Under the pieces are notes generated by a model. It was given only the letters and a program-made list of their open reading frames with translations. It had not been told where the DNA came from and did no database searches. Source: Octopus sinensis (lineage: Eukaryota). Taken from it: a stretch of DNA of 64,000 nucleotides. Location of the stretch: contig NC_043000.1 of the NCBI RefSeq assembly GCF_006345805.1, positions 160,642,001 through 160,706,000 of the forward strand. The letters run 5' to 3'. This document shows positions 20,468 to 34,297 of this stretch, in pieces; position 1 is the stretch's first letter; every line of letters begins with the position of its first letter. Made by a program: the position numbers and the translations under genes.

Positions 20468-23400
20468 ATGTAACCATGAAGCTCTATAACAACCCCCTCC
20501 CCATGTCATGGTTAAGTGGAGTCTAAGACCGGTAGAACAGGTGGAAGAGAGCTGCATAATCACTACAGCTCTGATGGAGGACGATGGCAGAAATGCTTTA
20601 TAGATCCGGTTGGGTAAGCCCCTTAGCCATTGGTATCACACTAGTAAACCCTGGTCACGATATTAAGCAGTAAACCCTATCGCTGCCAGGTAGTCCAGTA
20701 GAATACCGCTACGTTGATTAAGCGCGGGATCCCAATGGACCCTTTCGTGTGTCCTTCAGGTACTTCTTCCTACATCAATATATCTTAGTATCAATTTAAT
20801 ATTTACGACACTGGGGTTAAAATCTTACGTTTTTCCAATATACTTCCTGCTGTGTGAGATTTTCATTTATTGCGCAATCATATTCTGAACTATATTGGCT
20901 AAATATGCAAATTTCAACAATTTCATTACTTTCTTGCCATTTCACATTTGGAAATATCTACCAATAGGTGATAAATCAAACTGATTTAAGAAATATATGT
21001 AAACTAATCTCAAATATTGATTGGCAATTGTTACGAAAAAATATTAAGCAACAGGCAAAATGTAAAAATAAAAGGCCATGAAATTTAATAACTAAACAAT
21101 TTTGAGAGAGAAAATATTCGAACACTATAGAAAATGCCTAGTTTCAAAATATCTCTATGAAAGAATATAGATAAGAATATTTTTCTCAAGTAAACTTCAT
21201 CGACAGTAAATGAGTGGAAAAAAAAGTATAAAGAGAGAGAGACAAAGAAGAGGAAGAGAGAAAAAAAATAGAAGAAAGGAAGAACGGAAGTAGGAAAGAA
21301 AAAAGAAAGAAAGAAAGAAAGAAGGAATTAAAAAAACGGCAAGAACCGATCTTTGCTGATCTTTGCAAAATTGGAAAGATGAGTAGATTAGGCTAATGCA
21401 AAAGCAACGGTCATCGTGTTCTCTACATAAATTCGTTTCAGATTCAACATACGTAATGTGCTTTTTTATTTATTTATTTATTTTATTTTATTTTATTTTT
21501 TTTTACTTTTTCATCTCACCGAGCTTCTCTCGTTTACTCACCAGAAATTCACAGCTCATTTTCGAGAAAAGAATGAACGATGAGCTATATAATTTAGTTC
21601 TACATATATGTCTGAATCAAGATGAAAAAGTATACTCCACGGTCGCGACGTGCATACATTTGAATAAAGGACAGCGTGACACTGAAGATATCATGAGCAA
21701 TTGAGGGAACACAAAATAATCAAATGCCTACTTTTTTCTTGCCTTATAAACATTGTACAACCATAGATATGATATACACACTTTTCATTATCTCTTATTT
21801 TCTCATCTAGGATTTTTCTGTTTATCAAGGGTTTACGTTTTTACCTACAATAAGTTTTACTTTCTATTCCATGTGTACGTACACAAACGCAAACATCAGA
21901 AAAAAATATATATATGCGTGTATGCATTTTTGTGCGTGTGTGTGCGCGCGTACACGTGCATATTTGTCTACTCAGCTGAAATTAACTTAAATTAGCCAGG
22001 ATTGCAACATAATGTGTATATTTACATAAAAATTGAAATATAACTTAGACAAAAATGTTTGAGAAATGGTACAATCACTTATAGTATATAATAAGTTACC
22101 ACTATACCCAACATTATTCCAGAAGAGTATGATACAGACACACGTACACATACACGCAGTTATATACACACAAACACATAATCACATGTACACGCATACA
22201 CCACTCATACACATACCTACACACAATCAAACACATTCACATATTAAACACAATAGCAAACAAACACATCGACTAATTGCATGCAAAAATTTCATTTCCT
22301 TCCAACAATACACAAAGGGTGAGAGGGCGAATGAGAAGAGAGAGAGAGAGACAGACAGGCAGACAGACAGACAGAAAGAAATTGAGAGATAGAGAATGGC
22401 AAAACACAGAATGTATACAGCTTTTGTTTTGAGACGTCTGTATTTCTATATTCCGCGGTAAAATCTGTAGAAAATGTTATCTACAAATCCATCTTTCCAG
22501 TTACACGATGTCGGTTTCGACCTAAAGTCAAAATTAAGATGCATGAACTGTGTGGAATACAGCGGAGTATAGAAGTCCAAAACTCATCCAATACGCTGTA
22601 GTATCGATGGAAGAAACAATGTACAGTAATGTGGTCGATGGGCAGAATCGTCAGAGCATCGGAAAGATATATTCATGGTAATCGTTCCTAGCATCTAAAC
22701 GCAGAATTCAAATCCCCTTACGGTTCAATACTCCTTTTATCCTCGCAGAGTAGATAAATAAGACAGATGAATTCCTATCTTACTCTAACCCTTGCTTTTT
22801 TTTCTGTTTGATGATTCTTCTTTCGACGGAAATCGTGAGAGTTGCCGTATATAAAAATGCCTCTGCTACGTCTTTTGACACGGCCCCTACCATTGCATCA
22901 AGGAGTTATGGCTCCAAAGTAAGGCAAGACTATAAAATCGCTCTCAGAAACGATAAATGTTGAAGCAGTTCTATCTTTTATGATGTTCGTTCAAAATTCA
23001 TTTTCCACCAACAGCGTACTCTTTCTCTGCAGATGGCATTCTACTTTCAGAAATACATGAAATTTGATTAGGTATAAAACTGAGAAAACCAAATTTAAAT
23101 CTGACCCCCAGCCCTAACCTTATTTTGTTTTCCTTCTCTTACTGCAGGTTTTTGACTTGTTGAATGGCCTTTGCGAATGTCATAAATTTACGAAATTATT
23201 AATTCAGAAAAAGCTGCTGAACTTGACGTTCATAATGACCAGTGATTAAAGCGGATTGGTGGATAACATCTATGTATTGAATAATCTGATACGAGGGAAA
23301 ATGGTTGCGAGGAAGTAGAAGCTAATCCATTAGATTCATTATTAAAATTATTCTGAGCTGTTTAAAGGAAATTTATGTTTTATCTAGTTCCATTCTTTGT

Positions 23401-24179
23401 GGTGGTTGAGATATTGCTGCTCATGGATATACTGCAGTATTCAAATTCCGCCAAGATTGCAATCCAGTTACTATAATTAGCCACAACTACGAATTGACTT
23501 GAGTTCATTTAAATCGATTAAGCCCTCAATCCTAAATATTTTACTTCATAAATATGTTAGAAACAACAGAGGTTCATATTTGTACATCTGTTGTAGTGCG
23601 TGTGGCCGAATGTACCTAGGCGTGGTGGGTAGAAGTATATGTCAGTGAGTGTGCGTGCACATGTGTGTGCTTTCTAACTTTTGGTGATTAATTAATTCTG
23701 TATTTTTCGTTAACAAGCTCATTTCTGAAATTTATTAGAAAATGTTAAAGGATATATTCATAGCTGGTATTTGATAAGCTACTTACTGTAAGAATATTTA
23801 ATACAGATGATGATGCGGACGATTATAGCCATGATAATACGTTGGGGTGGTGATAGGTGATCGGAATCATGGTGGTGGTGTGATACGAGTCATTGAGGTT
23901 AAATATGACTCCATTTGCAGCATTCAAAGCAACTCCCTTTGCAGCATTCAGATGGCAGAGAATCAAGGAGACAGACAGACAGACAGACAGAGGGAGAGAG
24001 ACAGACAGAGAGAGTTCAGGTATTCATAGAGGCAATAATTATCTCAATCTGGTGCTTCAAATGCTTACGTATCTTCCTTTCCTTCTCTCTCTTTTTCATT
24101 CTCTCTCATTCTCTCTCTTTCTCTCTTTCTTTCTTTCTTTCCCCCTACATCAACACACATATATGTAAGCGTATACGTA

Positions 24180-24192
24180 TACACACACACAT

Positions 24193-24257
<65 letters not shown>

Positions 24258-24397
24258 TATATATACATGTAATTATGTATATACATATATATACATATAT
24301 ATACATATGTATGTACATATACATATATATACATATGCATGTATGCATGGATCTATTTATCTATCTTTCTTTCTATCTGTCTCAATCTCTCTCTCTG

Positions 24398-24430
<33 letters not shown>

Positions 24431-24905
24431 CATACATACATACATACAACATACATACATACATACATACATACATACATACATACATACAACATACATA
24501 CAAACATACATACATACATACATACATACATCATACATACATACATACATACAAACATACATACATACATACATACATACATACATACATACATACATAC
24601 ATACATACATACATACATACACACATACATACACACAGACATACATACATACATACATACATACAAACATACATACATACATACATACATACATACAAAC
24701 AACCATACATATATACAAACATACATACAAACATACATACAAACATACATACATACATACATACATACATACATACATACATACATACATACATACATAC
24801 ACACATACATACATACACACATACATACACACATACATACATACACACATACATACATACACACATACATACACACATACACACATACATACATACATAC
24901 ATATG
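24180..24905. repeat. compound (CA)n/(TA)n/(TACA)n microsatellite
   Basis: Direct; explains all long H/T/Y/I and M/Y/V/C ORFs here. Confidence 0.97.
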
Positions 24906-25218
24906 CCCATGCTAGTATGAAATTTTAAGGATCACAAGGGAAAACCGAGTTACCTAATCAACTTCATTAGCCTGAAGCTATTTCTACTCCAAGATGCAAT
25001 GATTTCAAAACTGAGAGCTTTGCATGATGTTATAACTGGGGACACTTCTGAAACGAAATACGTATTGATTTGGGAAAATATTTAACGACTTCCTGAGTGG
25101 TGGCACATAGCCGTTCTTAGTGAGTGGAGCGATCCGTCTGGTTTATTCCGAAAACGAAGCGAACTCTAGCCTGTTAAAAACCGCGTTGAGTAGTGACTTC
25201 GTGGTAGCTTCACACCGA

Positions 25219-25443
25219 GAGCTGGCAGAAACGTTAGCACGTCGGGCGAAATGCTTAGCGGTATTTCGTCTGCCGTTACGTTGTGAGTTCAAATTCCGCC
25301 GAGGTCGACTTTGCCTTTCATCCTTTCGGGGTCGATAAATTAAGTACCAGTTACGCACTGGGGTCGATGTAATCGACTTGATCCGTTTGTCTGTCCTTGT
25401 TTGTGTCTTCTATGTTTAGCCCCTTGTGGGTAATAAAGAAATA
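25219..25443 (+). mobile_element. SINE family C
   Basis: Near-identical to 17690-17916. Confidence 0.92.
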
Positions 25444-26789
25444 GGTATCTTCGCTTCCCAGAGTGGACTTGCCATTGCTGCTGCTGTCTGTTACATTCAC
25501 TGCTGCAAGCGCGCCTGGATGCTCACACAGACGGTCACGGCACTGTTGTGACATCGATTGCAGAGCAGCAGGTGGCCCACTGACATAGGCCCTCGAAAGT
25601 TATCGGTGGGTGCTCCTTTCCTGGCCTGAGAATGTCGACAAATGTCTGATTCACTTCTCGTTACAGGTATCGGGACTTGAAACCAGCCCCGTAAAGGCGA
25701 CGGGATTGTAAGTCTAGTGCCAGCATCCGCAGTTATTCCAGATCTAGTAGTGTAATTTATAAATGTTACATTTGAGAAGCTGTTAGTTGGAATTCGTTTC
25801 TTGAAATTGTATTCCATCAGGTTTGTGAGGCTGGCGTCGTCAGAAAGGATCTTCGTGCGCTTCGCTTCGGTCATCCGTTCATACTCGTAATCCTATTCGC
25901 CGGTGTGTGCACGCATCAACGCTTTGTCGACCGCTTTACCTTGTATTCACCCGTGTGATTTCAAGCTTGCGCGGCGGGCCTTGAGACCGGCTGTAAGACA
26001 GTCGGAATACATGAAACAGGTATTTTCGATCTTTGTCGTAGCCTGTCTGCATTTTAGTACCGCATCCACCTTAAGTTCGTTTTGCGAATATTCGTTTTCG
26101 TGAAACGGTACAAAATAAAGTTAACCCTCTTCATTTATCCGTAACAGTTCAAGCAGTTGGGTGCATTGAATGCAGTGTGTACTGTGGTTAAAGGTTATTG
26201 TGGGAAGGTAAGTGATGTGAGGTAGAAATAAGGAGAAGAGAAAGAATATTTATCTTAAGGAGCGCAAATTCCATTTTTTGTCCCTTAACACCAAAATCTC
26301 AACCACTCTGCATAAGTTCAACAGCCTATATCCGATATTATGGTACCTTTTGAATTACATATATATATATATATCATCAAACAGGTTTCTATACTGTTTT
26401 AGACATACCAGAAAGAATAAGTTAATTTGTGACCTCAGAAAATGACATTTTCCAGTGATTCCATCCAAGGGGAGCGAACACGAGTCAACGTGGTTAGAGA
26501 GCGAACGTGTTAACGTTTTGTACGAATATATATTTCTTACTAACATACATTCACACATGCATTCATAGATACATTCATTCACACATAGATACCTACCGAA
26601 TTATACACCTCCCTCCCTTCCTACTTACCTACCAACCTACATACCAACAACCATCCATCCATACATACATACACACATACGTACGTACACACATACATAC
26701 ATACATACATACATACATACATACATACATACATACATACATACATACATACATACATACATACATACATACGTACATACGTACATAGT

Positions 26790-27720
26790 GTTGTTCCAAA
26801 TTTCATACACAAGTTCAGAGGAAACCTGAGTCCGTTCTGTCCGGTTGATATAGAATGTCGCACCTAATAAAACAAAATTATGCATTTCGAAGATCCTTGT
26901 GCGAGAGCTGTTGTCCACTGATTATAGGATGCTGGTTGCCCACGGCGTGAAGATATTCAGAAACTGGTAGATAGCTTTACCAGATCTGCACAAGAGTTCA
27001 GTTTTAAGATTAACATCAGAAAAACAGAATGCTTTAACCAGACTGTGGAGAACTTACCTGCATCTGTAAGAGAAGACAATATCAGTATTAGAGATGAAAG
27101 CTCGTCCAAAGTAAAGCATTTAAGTACCTAGGCAGCACCATCTCAGATTATGTATGACCAGACCAAGAAATCACACACAGAATGAGCAGGGTTAATGCTT
27201 CATTTGGGATGCTACAAGAGAGTCCGGGGGGAAATAGTTATGTTTCTACACGGATTAAATGTAAATTATACCAGGCTATAGTGCTTTTTTATTCCCTGAT
27301 GTATGGATCTCGAATCTGGACAGCCTATAAAGTTCATGCAGCCAAGTTAGATTCATACATGATGAAGCAGCCGCGACAGATTATAAATATCCTCTGTTTG
27401 ACAAGACTAGGAATGAAGAAATCCTCCGGCGTGCTGGTCTGCCTCCTGTGACGAAAATCCTCATTGATAGAAATTTACGTTTGTTGGGACACTAATACAG
27501 GATGGACAACAGCGGGCTGTCAAGAAACTCCTTTACAACCAACAATAAAATGGAAAAAAAAAACCCATCGAAAACCTAGACTGCGATTTAAAGATAATGC
27601 ATAAAGTATATGAAGTGGAAAGGAATTAATCATAATAAACTTTAGTGAAAATCCGAACAGTATGGAGAAAGGTTATTAAGTCACGCAATAGCGATGAAAG
27701 GCCATAATCGCGATGACTGA
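26790..27720 (+). mobile_element. RTE-clade LINE, decayed RT and 3' ORF fragment
   Basis: VRELLS.D (similar to RELLFADD), EDIQKLVDSFTRSAQEFSFKINIRKTE, FKYLGSTIS, KCKLYQAIVL..LMYGSRIWT, RNEEILRRAGLP. Confidence 0.85.
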
Positions 27721-28084
27721 CAGCCGAAAATAAATAATGCAGTAACACAAAGATAAATTTCAGGGGGACAGAATATATGCGATGCTAGTTATACTTTCAG
27801 TAAATCCACATTTCTTTTGGATAATCCTTTAACTGCTAAATTAAATTGCATGGTTATTCCAGTAATGATGTTAAATATCTATCAGAAAATAGAATTCTTA
27901 TTTTCTGTAAGCTACTTTGCCTCAATAAACTTGACATATCTCAACAAAGCGTTGTTTCGAATAAGACAAAAGATAAACTAGTTTATGATACTGCTTTCTG
28001 CAGTTAAGGATAATGAAATTTTGAGTCGATGTATCTGTTTTCTGCAGTAAAAGGAATAAGGAAATTTGAAGATATGTGACATCA

Positions 28085-28480
28085 ATCTACCACCTTGCTT
28101 CCTTATGGACGATCTGAAAATGTATGCCAAGAATATAAATAGTGTTATTATAATTTTGGTCTTGTTGTAAGATGAAAACTATGTTTGTCAAGAATTCTTA
28201 CTATAAATGGCCAGACTATTCCTTCGATATCGGATGAGGAATGCTATAGGTGCTTAGCAATGGATAAATATGTTTCCTATGAGTGACCCATTAAGGAACG
28301 TGTAATTAGGGAATATAACTTCAGAATAAAGAAAGCATGGCTCAGGGAAAGTTCCACATACAATGAATCAATAGTCCACAATGTGGTACTGATGGCACCG
28401 CCTTTCTACCAATCCTGAGAAACTAGAAGCCACAAATAAAGAAAGAACACGTCTAATTAAAATATTACAAGTTATCACAA
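28085..28480 (+). mobile_element. R4/Dong-like RT fragment, strongly decayed
   Basis: FLMDDLKMYAKN...IKERVIREYNFRIKKAW resembles the MDDLKL RT region of the R4 copies below. Confidence 0.5.
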
Positions 28481-28581
28481 GCACTGCAAAAATATGTAAC
28501 ACATTCCAAAAGTTTAGCATGTAATGTCTACATATATAATGACAACCATATCTACATATATTCATATGTATATATTCATAA

Positions 28582-28655
<74 letters not shown>

Positions 28656-29431
28656 TTATTTATACCTGTGTCATACACTTATGTGTGTTCAAAACATACA
28701 TACATACACGTGAATTTATATACTTACATGTGCGCCCTCACACTCACTCACACGGACAAGCACACCCACACATTGTATGTTTTATGCTTCTTTAAACATC
28801 TATATCTACAATGAATTTCTGTAATTTAGCTACAACAGAAACATTACCAAAATTAAATCTATCAGTCTAAGACTACTTATAGAAGGTAATATTACTAGTG
28901 TTAGATTAATCTAAACGAGACGTTCTAGTAAACATAAAACCTGCAGTCATGCCAAGCAATTTAGAAATCTGGCCAATTATTTGGCAATTTTCTATTCCTT
29001 TCAGTTTCCTGAATGTCTGGCAGACCTCGTTCTGTTGGGAATTTCGAATGTTGTGTGTCTATGTTATCTGTATTCGTGTGCGTGCCCAAGCGCGTGTATG
29101 TATGTGTGTTTGCTTGTGAGTGTGTGTGTGCGTGTTTGCTTGTGTGTGTTTGTGTGTGGATGTGTGAACGCATGTGTGAGTGTGAGATCGTTGATTTACG
29201 AGTGTCGTTTTCTAGCGCCAAATTCATTTATTCTTCTTATAATGACAGCAGTGTGGTCGCCACAGACTATGATGCTGATGGTATCAACAGAATCAGTCAA
29301 GACTGTGATACTAAAGGCAGGTGACGTAATTCACAGCCGCCGTGTACAATTCGAGGAAACCAAGTCGATAGTACATATGGAAATACTGTAGTACTGAAAT
29401 GTACAGCAGCCCTGTTATAAAAAATTAACAA

Positions 29432-29847
29432 GGCGCAGGAGTGGCTGTGTGGTAAGTAGCTTGCTAAACAACCACATGGTTCCGGGTTCAGTCCGACTGC
29501 GTGGCATCTTGGGCAAGTGTCTTCTGCTATAGCCCCGGGCCGACCAATGCATTGTGAGTGGATTTGGTAGACGGAAACCGAAAGAAGCCTGTCGTATATA
29601 TGCAAACATATATATATGTATGTATGTGTGTGTGTGTTTGTGTGTTTGTGTTTGTCCCCCTAGCATTGCTTGACAACCGATGCTGGTGTGTTTACGTCCC
29701 CGTCACTTAGCGGTTCGGCAAAAGAGACTGATAGAATAAGTACTGGGCTTACAAAGAATAAGTCCCGGGGTCGATTTGCTCGACTAAAGGCGGTGCTCCA
29801 GCATGGCCGCAGTCAAATGACTGAAACAAGTAAAAGAGTAAAGAGTA
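29432..29847 (+). mobile_element. SINE family A, complete
   Basis: Same architecture as 20057-20467. Confidence 0.95.
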
Positions 29848-30267
29848 TGTGCCAGCAAGGTGATACTTAGAAATCACACGAAATGCTAGACATAACAGTC
29901 AAATATGTATCCGCATTATGCTGCTTATTCTTTATACAGAACGTTATTGGGATAACATATTTCTATTTGTTGTATTGTTGGAAATAAAAAATGGCATGGT
30001 TAGGGTTGTAATGCCTATGATCATAGTTCTGCTCTTTGAGGCTGTCATTTTAAAGATACTTCAGATAATGATTCACAACTGCTGAAAGAAGACGGTGTGC
30101 TCGTGGCTAAAACACTACAGTTAATTCTTCCGTTTTATCAAATCTGACCTAATGCCGAACACAACAATCTACTACCAACATCAACAGCATTGTTTCTACC
30201 TAGCAACGATTGCAATAACAAACGCAGCCACTAATTCCACTAACAAGCAGAGTTCGTAAGGTTCTAT

Positions 30268-30281
30268 GAATAACAATAATA

Positions 30282-30318
<37 letters not shown>

Positions 30319-30328
30319 CAACAACAAC

Positions 30329-30380
<52 letters not shown>
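30268..30380. repeat. (AAT)n/(AAC)n microsatellite, 5' flank of an R4/Dong copy
   Basis: Direct. Confidence 0.95.
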
Positions 30381-30381
<1 letters not shown>

Positions 30382-32042
30382 GGTGCAAAGGCTACCTTTA
30401 TCAAAGGAAAAATGACAGAAACATCTAACGTTAACCTTGACCAACAGAATGTCATAAAAGAACTAGACCCAGCGGAGAGCTACAAGTACCTAGGGGTAAT
30501 TGAAGGGAACGGAATAAGGCATTCAGAGATGAAGGAAAGGATCAGGAGAGAATGCTATCGAAGAGTGAGAGCAATACTCAAGACAGAGCTGAATGCAAGA
30601 AACAGGATCGAAGCAATCAATGCATTAGCTATACCAGTCGTGACTTACAGTTTCAATATTGTTAACTGGTCAATTACTGAAATATGTCAGCTCGACAGAA
30701 AAATAAGGAAACTGTTGACAATGCATAGAATGCACCACCCTAAGGCAGATACAGAACGACTCTATATGTCAAGAAAAGAGGGAGGCCGTGGTCTTTTGCA
30801 ACTGGCAATAACAATGAAGATTGCTACAATTGGCCTAGACACCTACCTGAAAAACTCTGAGGACTGGATGTTAAAACTTGTCTCAAAACATGAAAACAAG
30901 AAAGCATCATACTCAGTCACAAAACAGGCAAAGGAATATCTAAGTGAATTCCGAATACAACCAATTTCGGAATTAGAGATAGACATACAAGAAACAAGCA
31001 CAGAAAAAGCTAGGCGCATGAAAACCCGTGCCAAAACTGCGGCCTTAGATATTCTGAATAATAAATGGCAAGAAAAACCTCTCTATGGCAAATACCCAAG
31101 AGAGCGAATAATGCAGATATCGACAAAGCCCTGACCCATCAATGGCTAATGGCCTCTGGCTTAAAATCTGAAACAGAGGGGTTTATCATAGCAGCTCAAG
31201 ATCAATGCCTACCAACAAGAAACTACCAGGCCAACATATTAAAGATCAGAAGCAGTCCAACGTGTCGTGTATGCAAGCAACAAAATGAAACCATTGACCA
31301 TGTGGTCTCCAAGTGCAGTCTTCTAGCGCCTACAGAGTATCTCAACAGGCACGATAGAGCTGCACAATATATTCACTGGGTAATCTGTAAAAACCTGGAT
31401 TTGCCCCATGAAAAAAACTGGTGGGAACACAAACCACCCCCAGTGCTTGAAAATGACCACATCTCACTCCTCTGGAACTTCACCATTCAAACTGACAGGA
31501 AGATAGATGCAAATAGGCCAGACATCATATTGAAAGACTTCAAACAAAGAACATGCCTCCTCATTGATATGACTGTCCCAATCGATATAAACGTATCTGT
31601 CAGGACCTACCAAAAACTGAGCAAATATAAAGATCTTGAAATAGAATCAGCAAAATGTGGAAGCTGAAGACTAAAACAATACCTGTTGTCATAGGTGCCC
31701 TGGGAATGATAGCAAAAGGGGCTGATAGCTACCTAACTCAGATACCAGGAAACCCAAAAATGGCAGAAGTTCAAAAGATAGTGCTCATGGGAACTGCTCA
31801 TATCCTACGCAAAATACTCTCTATGTAACCTCAAGGTTTAAAACAACCATAATTTTCGGTTTAAAAAAAAAAAAAACCTTTTTTTTTTTTTTTAGACATT
31901 CATTAGTACAACATCCCCACCCCCCAAATATATGGCACACTAGGCATAACAACAACATGAACTTCCAACCCTGTTGTCTCTTGAGGTCTCTGGGTGAGAC
32001 TTGGAGCCAACTTGTACAAATATAAAGCAAAAGTCAAACATA

Positions 32043-32044
<2 letters not shown>
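30381..32044 (+). mobile_element. R4/Dong-clade non-LTR retrotransposon, 5'-truncated, young
   Basis: YKYLGV...HHPKADTERLY..RKEGGRGL; CCHC finger CRVCKQQNETIDHVVSKC; RLE motifs RHD, RPDIILKD, LIDMTVP.D, KLSKYKDLEIE; stop at 31826-31828; about two frameshifts. Confidence 0.92.
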
Positions 32045-32127
<83 letters not shown>

Positions 32128-32552
32128 ATGAGGTAGATGATGATAATAATGAAGAAGAAGAAGAAGAAGAAGAAGATGAAGAAGAAGAAGGAGAAGAAGA
32201 AGGAGGAGGAGGAGAAGCAGAAGAAGAAGAAGAAGAAGAAGAAGAAGAAGAAGAAGAAGAAGAAGATGAAGAAGAAGAAGGAGAAGAAGAAGGAGGAGGA
32301 GGAGAAGCAGAAGAAGAAGAAGAAGGAGGAGGAGGAGAAGCAGAAGAAGAAGAAGAAGAAGAAGAAGAAGAAGAAGATGAAGAAGAAGAAGGAGAAGAAG
32401 AAGGAGGAGGAGGAGAAGCAGAAGAAGAAGAGAAGAAGAAGAAGAAGAAGAAGAAGAAGACGAAGAAGATGAAGAAGAATATGAAGAAGAAGATGAAGAA
32501 GAAGATGAAGAAGAAGAAGAAGAAGAGGAGAAGAAGAAGAAGAAGAAGAAGG
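32044..32552. repeat. (AAT)n followed by compound (GAA)n tract
   Basis: Direct; explains the poly-S/L/K ORFs. Confidence 0.97.
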
Positions 32553-33854
32553 AAAATTTCTGATTTGGTTTCAAGGCCAGCAGTTTAAAAAAGTGAAATT
32601 GAAATCCCTGGGTGAATTACATCGATCTACATCGATCTAACTGAGTCTTAGTTTGTTATTTTTATTTAACCAGTCCAAGAAAAGAAGAAGGTAGAATTAA
32701 CATTGGTAGGATTAGTATTCAGGTATACAAAGATTAGCAAGACGATACGCTGACAAACAGGAAACCCTTTCAGAAATGGAAGAAACCTGGATTAAGGATA
32801 AATTATGTATGTAGGAAACTTATAATCCAGTAACCTTTTGCTTCAGCCTGAATTGATTAATGTAAGTAAAGATCAAGATTCTAGGAGCTATTTCCAGCCT
32901 GTCCTGCAACCACTCTCACTGGCGTCTCTAAACATCCCTTTTACTGTGACCCCCAACCATTTGTCTCTATCTAAATCTCTTCTTTGTCAATTCACGATGA
33001 CATTAATATATTAGTCAAATACGAATGCAAGATAGATATTTAAATAATTTTGAAATTAAATATTTTGTCCTTATATATTTTTTTAAAAATTATGTACCTC
33101 ATGGCGTAATTAATGCTTTTGTAGTACTTTCGAATAATTAGTGAGAGGCAATATTTCTTTATCAAATATATTACTATCGTAAAAATAATAGCTTATTTAT
33201 TACCCTTCAATGGGTCACGTGTTTTAATTTGTCAGCTGTTGACCATGTTTGTGTTGGTGTTTAATTATTCTATGCGTTGACGAATTAATTTGCATATTTG
33301 TTTTTATCATTCTTTAATTCATGGATGCTATTTTAGGTGCAATTAAGATTTCTTTTTTTTTTTATATATTACTGCTGTTGTCAAAGTCGATTCTATTTTG
33401 TTGTTGTTGTTAAATTATTACTGTATTATATAAATAAACCAATTCATAAATGATATAAATACAGAAGCAGCAATAACTAATAATTTGAAACAAATTGATA
33501 ATACCGTAATGCAATAATAATTTAAAACAAGAAGCGGGGCATTTTTGTTTTCTTCATAGTGCTGTCATAATCGTCTTACATATCACATCAAAGTAATTTT
33601 ATAAGATGGAAGAATAATGCCGTGATTGAAAAATAGTTAAAACACAACACAAACAATAACAACAACAACAATGATAACAAAACGCGACTCTTAATTGAAT
33701 ACAACAAATTAAAATACGTGATCAACTCTGTGATAACTGTAAATTTAACGACCGTTCGTAGTACTACCTCTAGAACCTGCATCAATTCAAGACTAATTCT
33801 TAATAATTATTTAAACAAATAGAATTTAGCACTATATTCTTTTTTTCTTCTACT

Positions 33855-33910
33855 TATTATTATTATTATCATTACTGTTGTTGTTGTTGTTGTTATTATT
33901 ATTTTTATTA

Positions 33911-33948
<38 letters not shown>

Positions 33949-34001
33949 TTATTATTTATTATATTATTATTATTATTATTATATCATTATTATTATCATT
34001 A

Positions 34002-34086
<85 letters not shown>

Positions 34087-34102
34087 CATTATTTTATTAT
34101 TA

Positions 34103-34172
<70 letters not shown>

Positions 34173-34265
34173 CATTATTATTATTATTATTATCATTATT
34201 ATTATTATTATTTTTATTATTATTATTATTATATTATTATATTATTATTATTATTATTATTATTA

Positions 34266-34297
<32 letters not shown>
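33855..34297. repeat. long imperfect (TTA)n tract
   Basis: Direct; 3' flank of the minus-strand R4/Dong copy. Confidence 0.97.

Noticed and set aside
24253-24920. Long ORFs of 120-220 aa (HTYI/MYVC repeats), and similar ORFs at 31903-32574, 36017-36793 and elsewhere
   Set aside because: Translations of microsatellites with no coding signal.
25880-25925. LMRAHTGE*DYE resembling a C2H2 HTGEKPY linker
   Set aside because: No correctly spaced Cys/His on either side; treated as coincidence within the unassigned frame.
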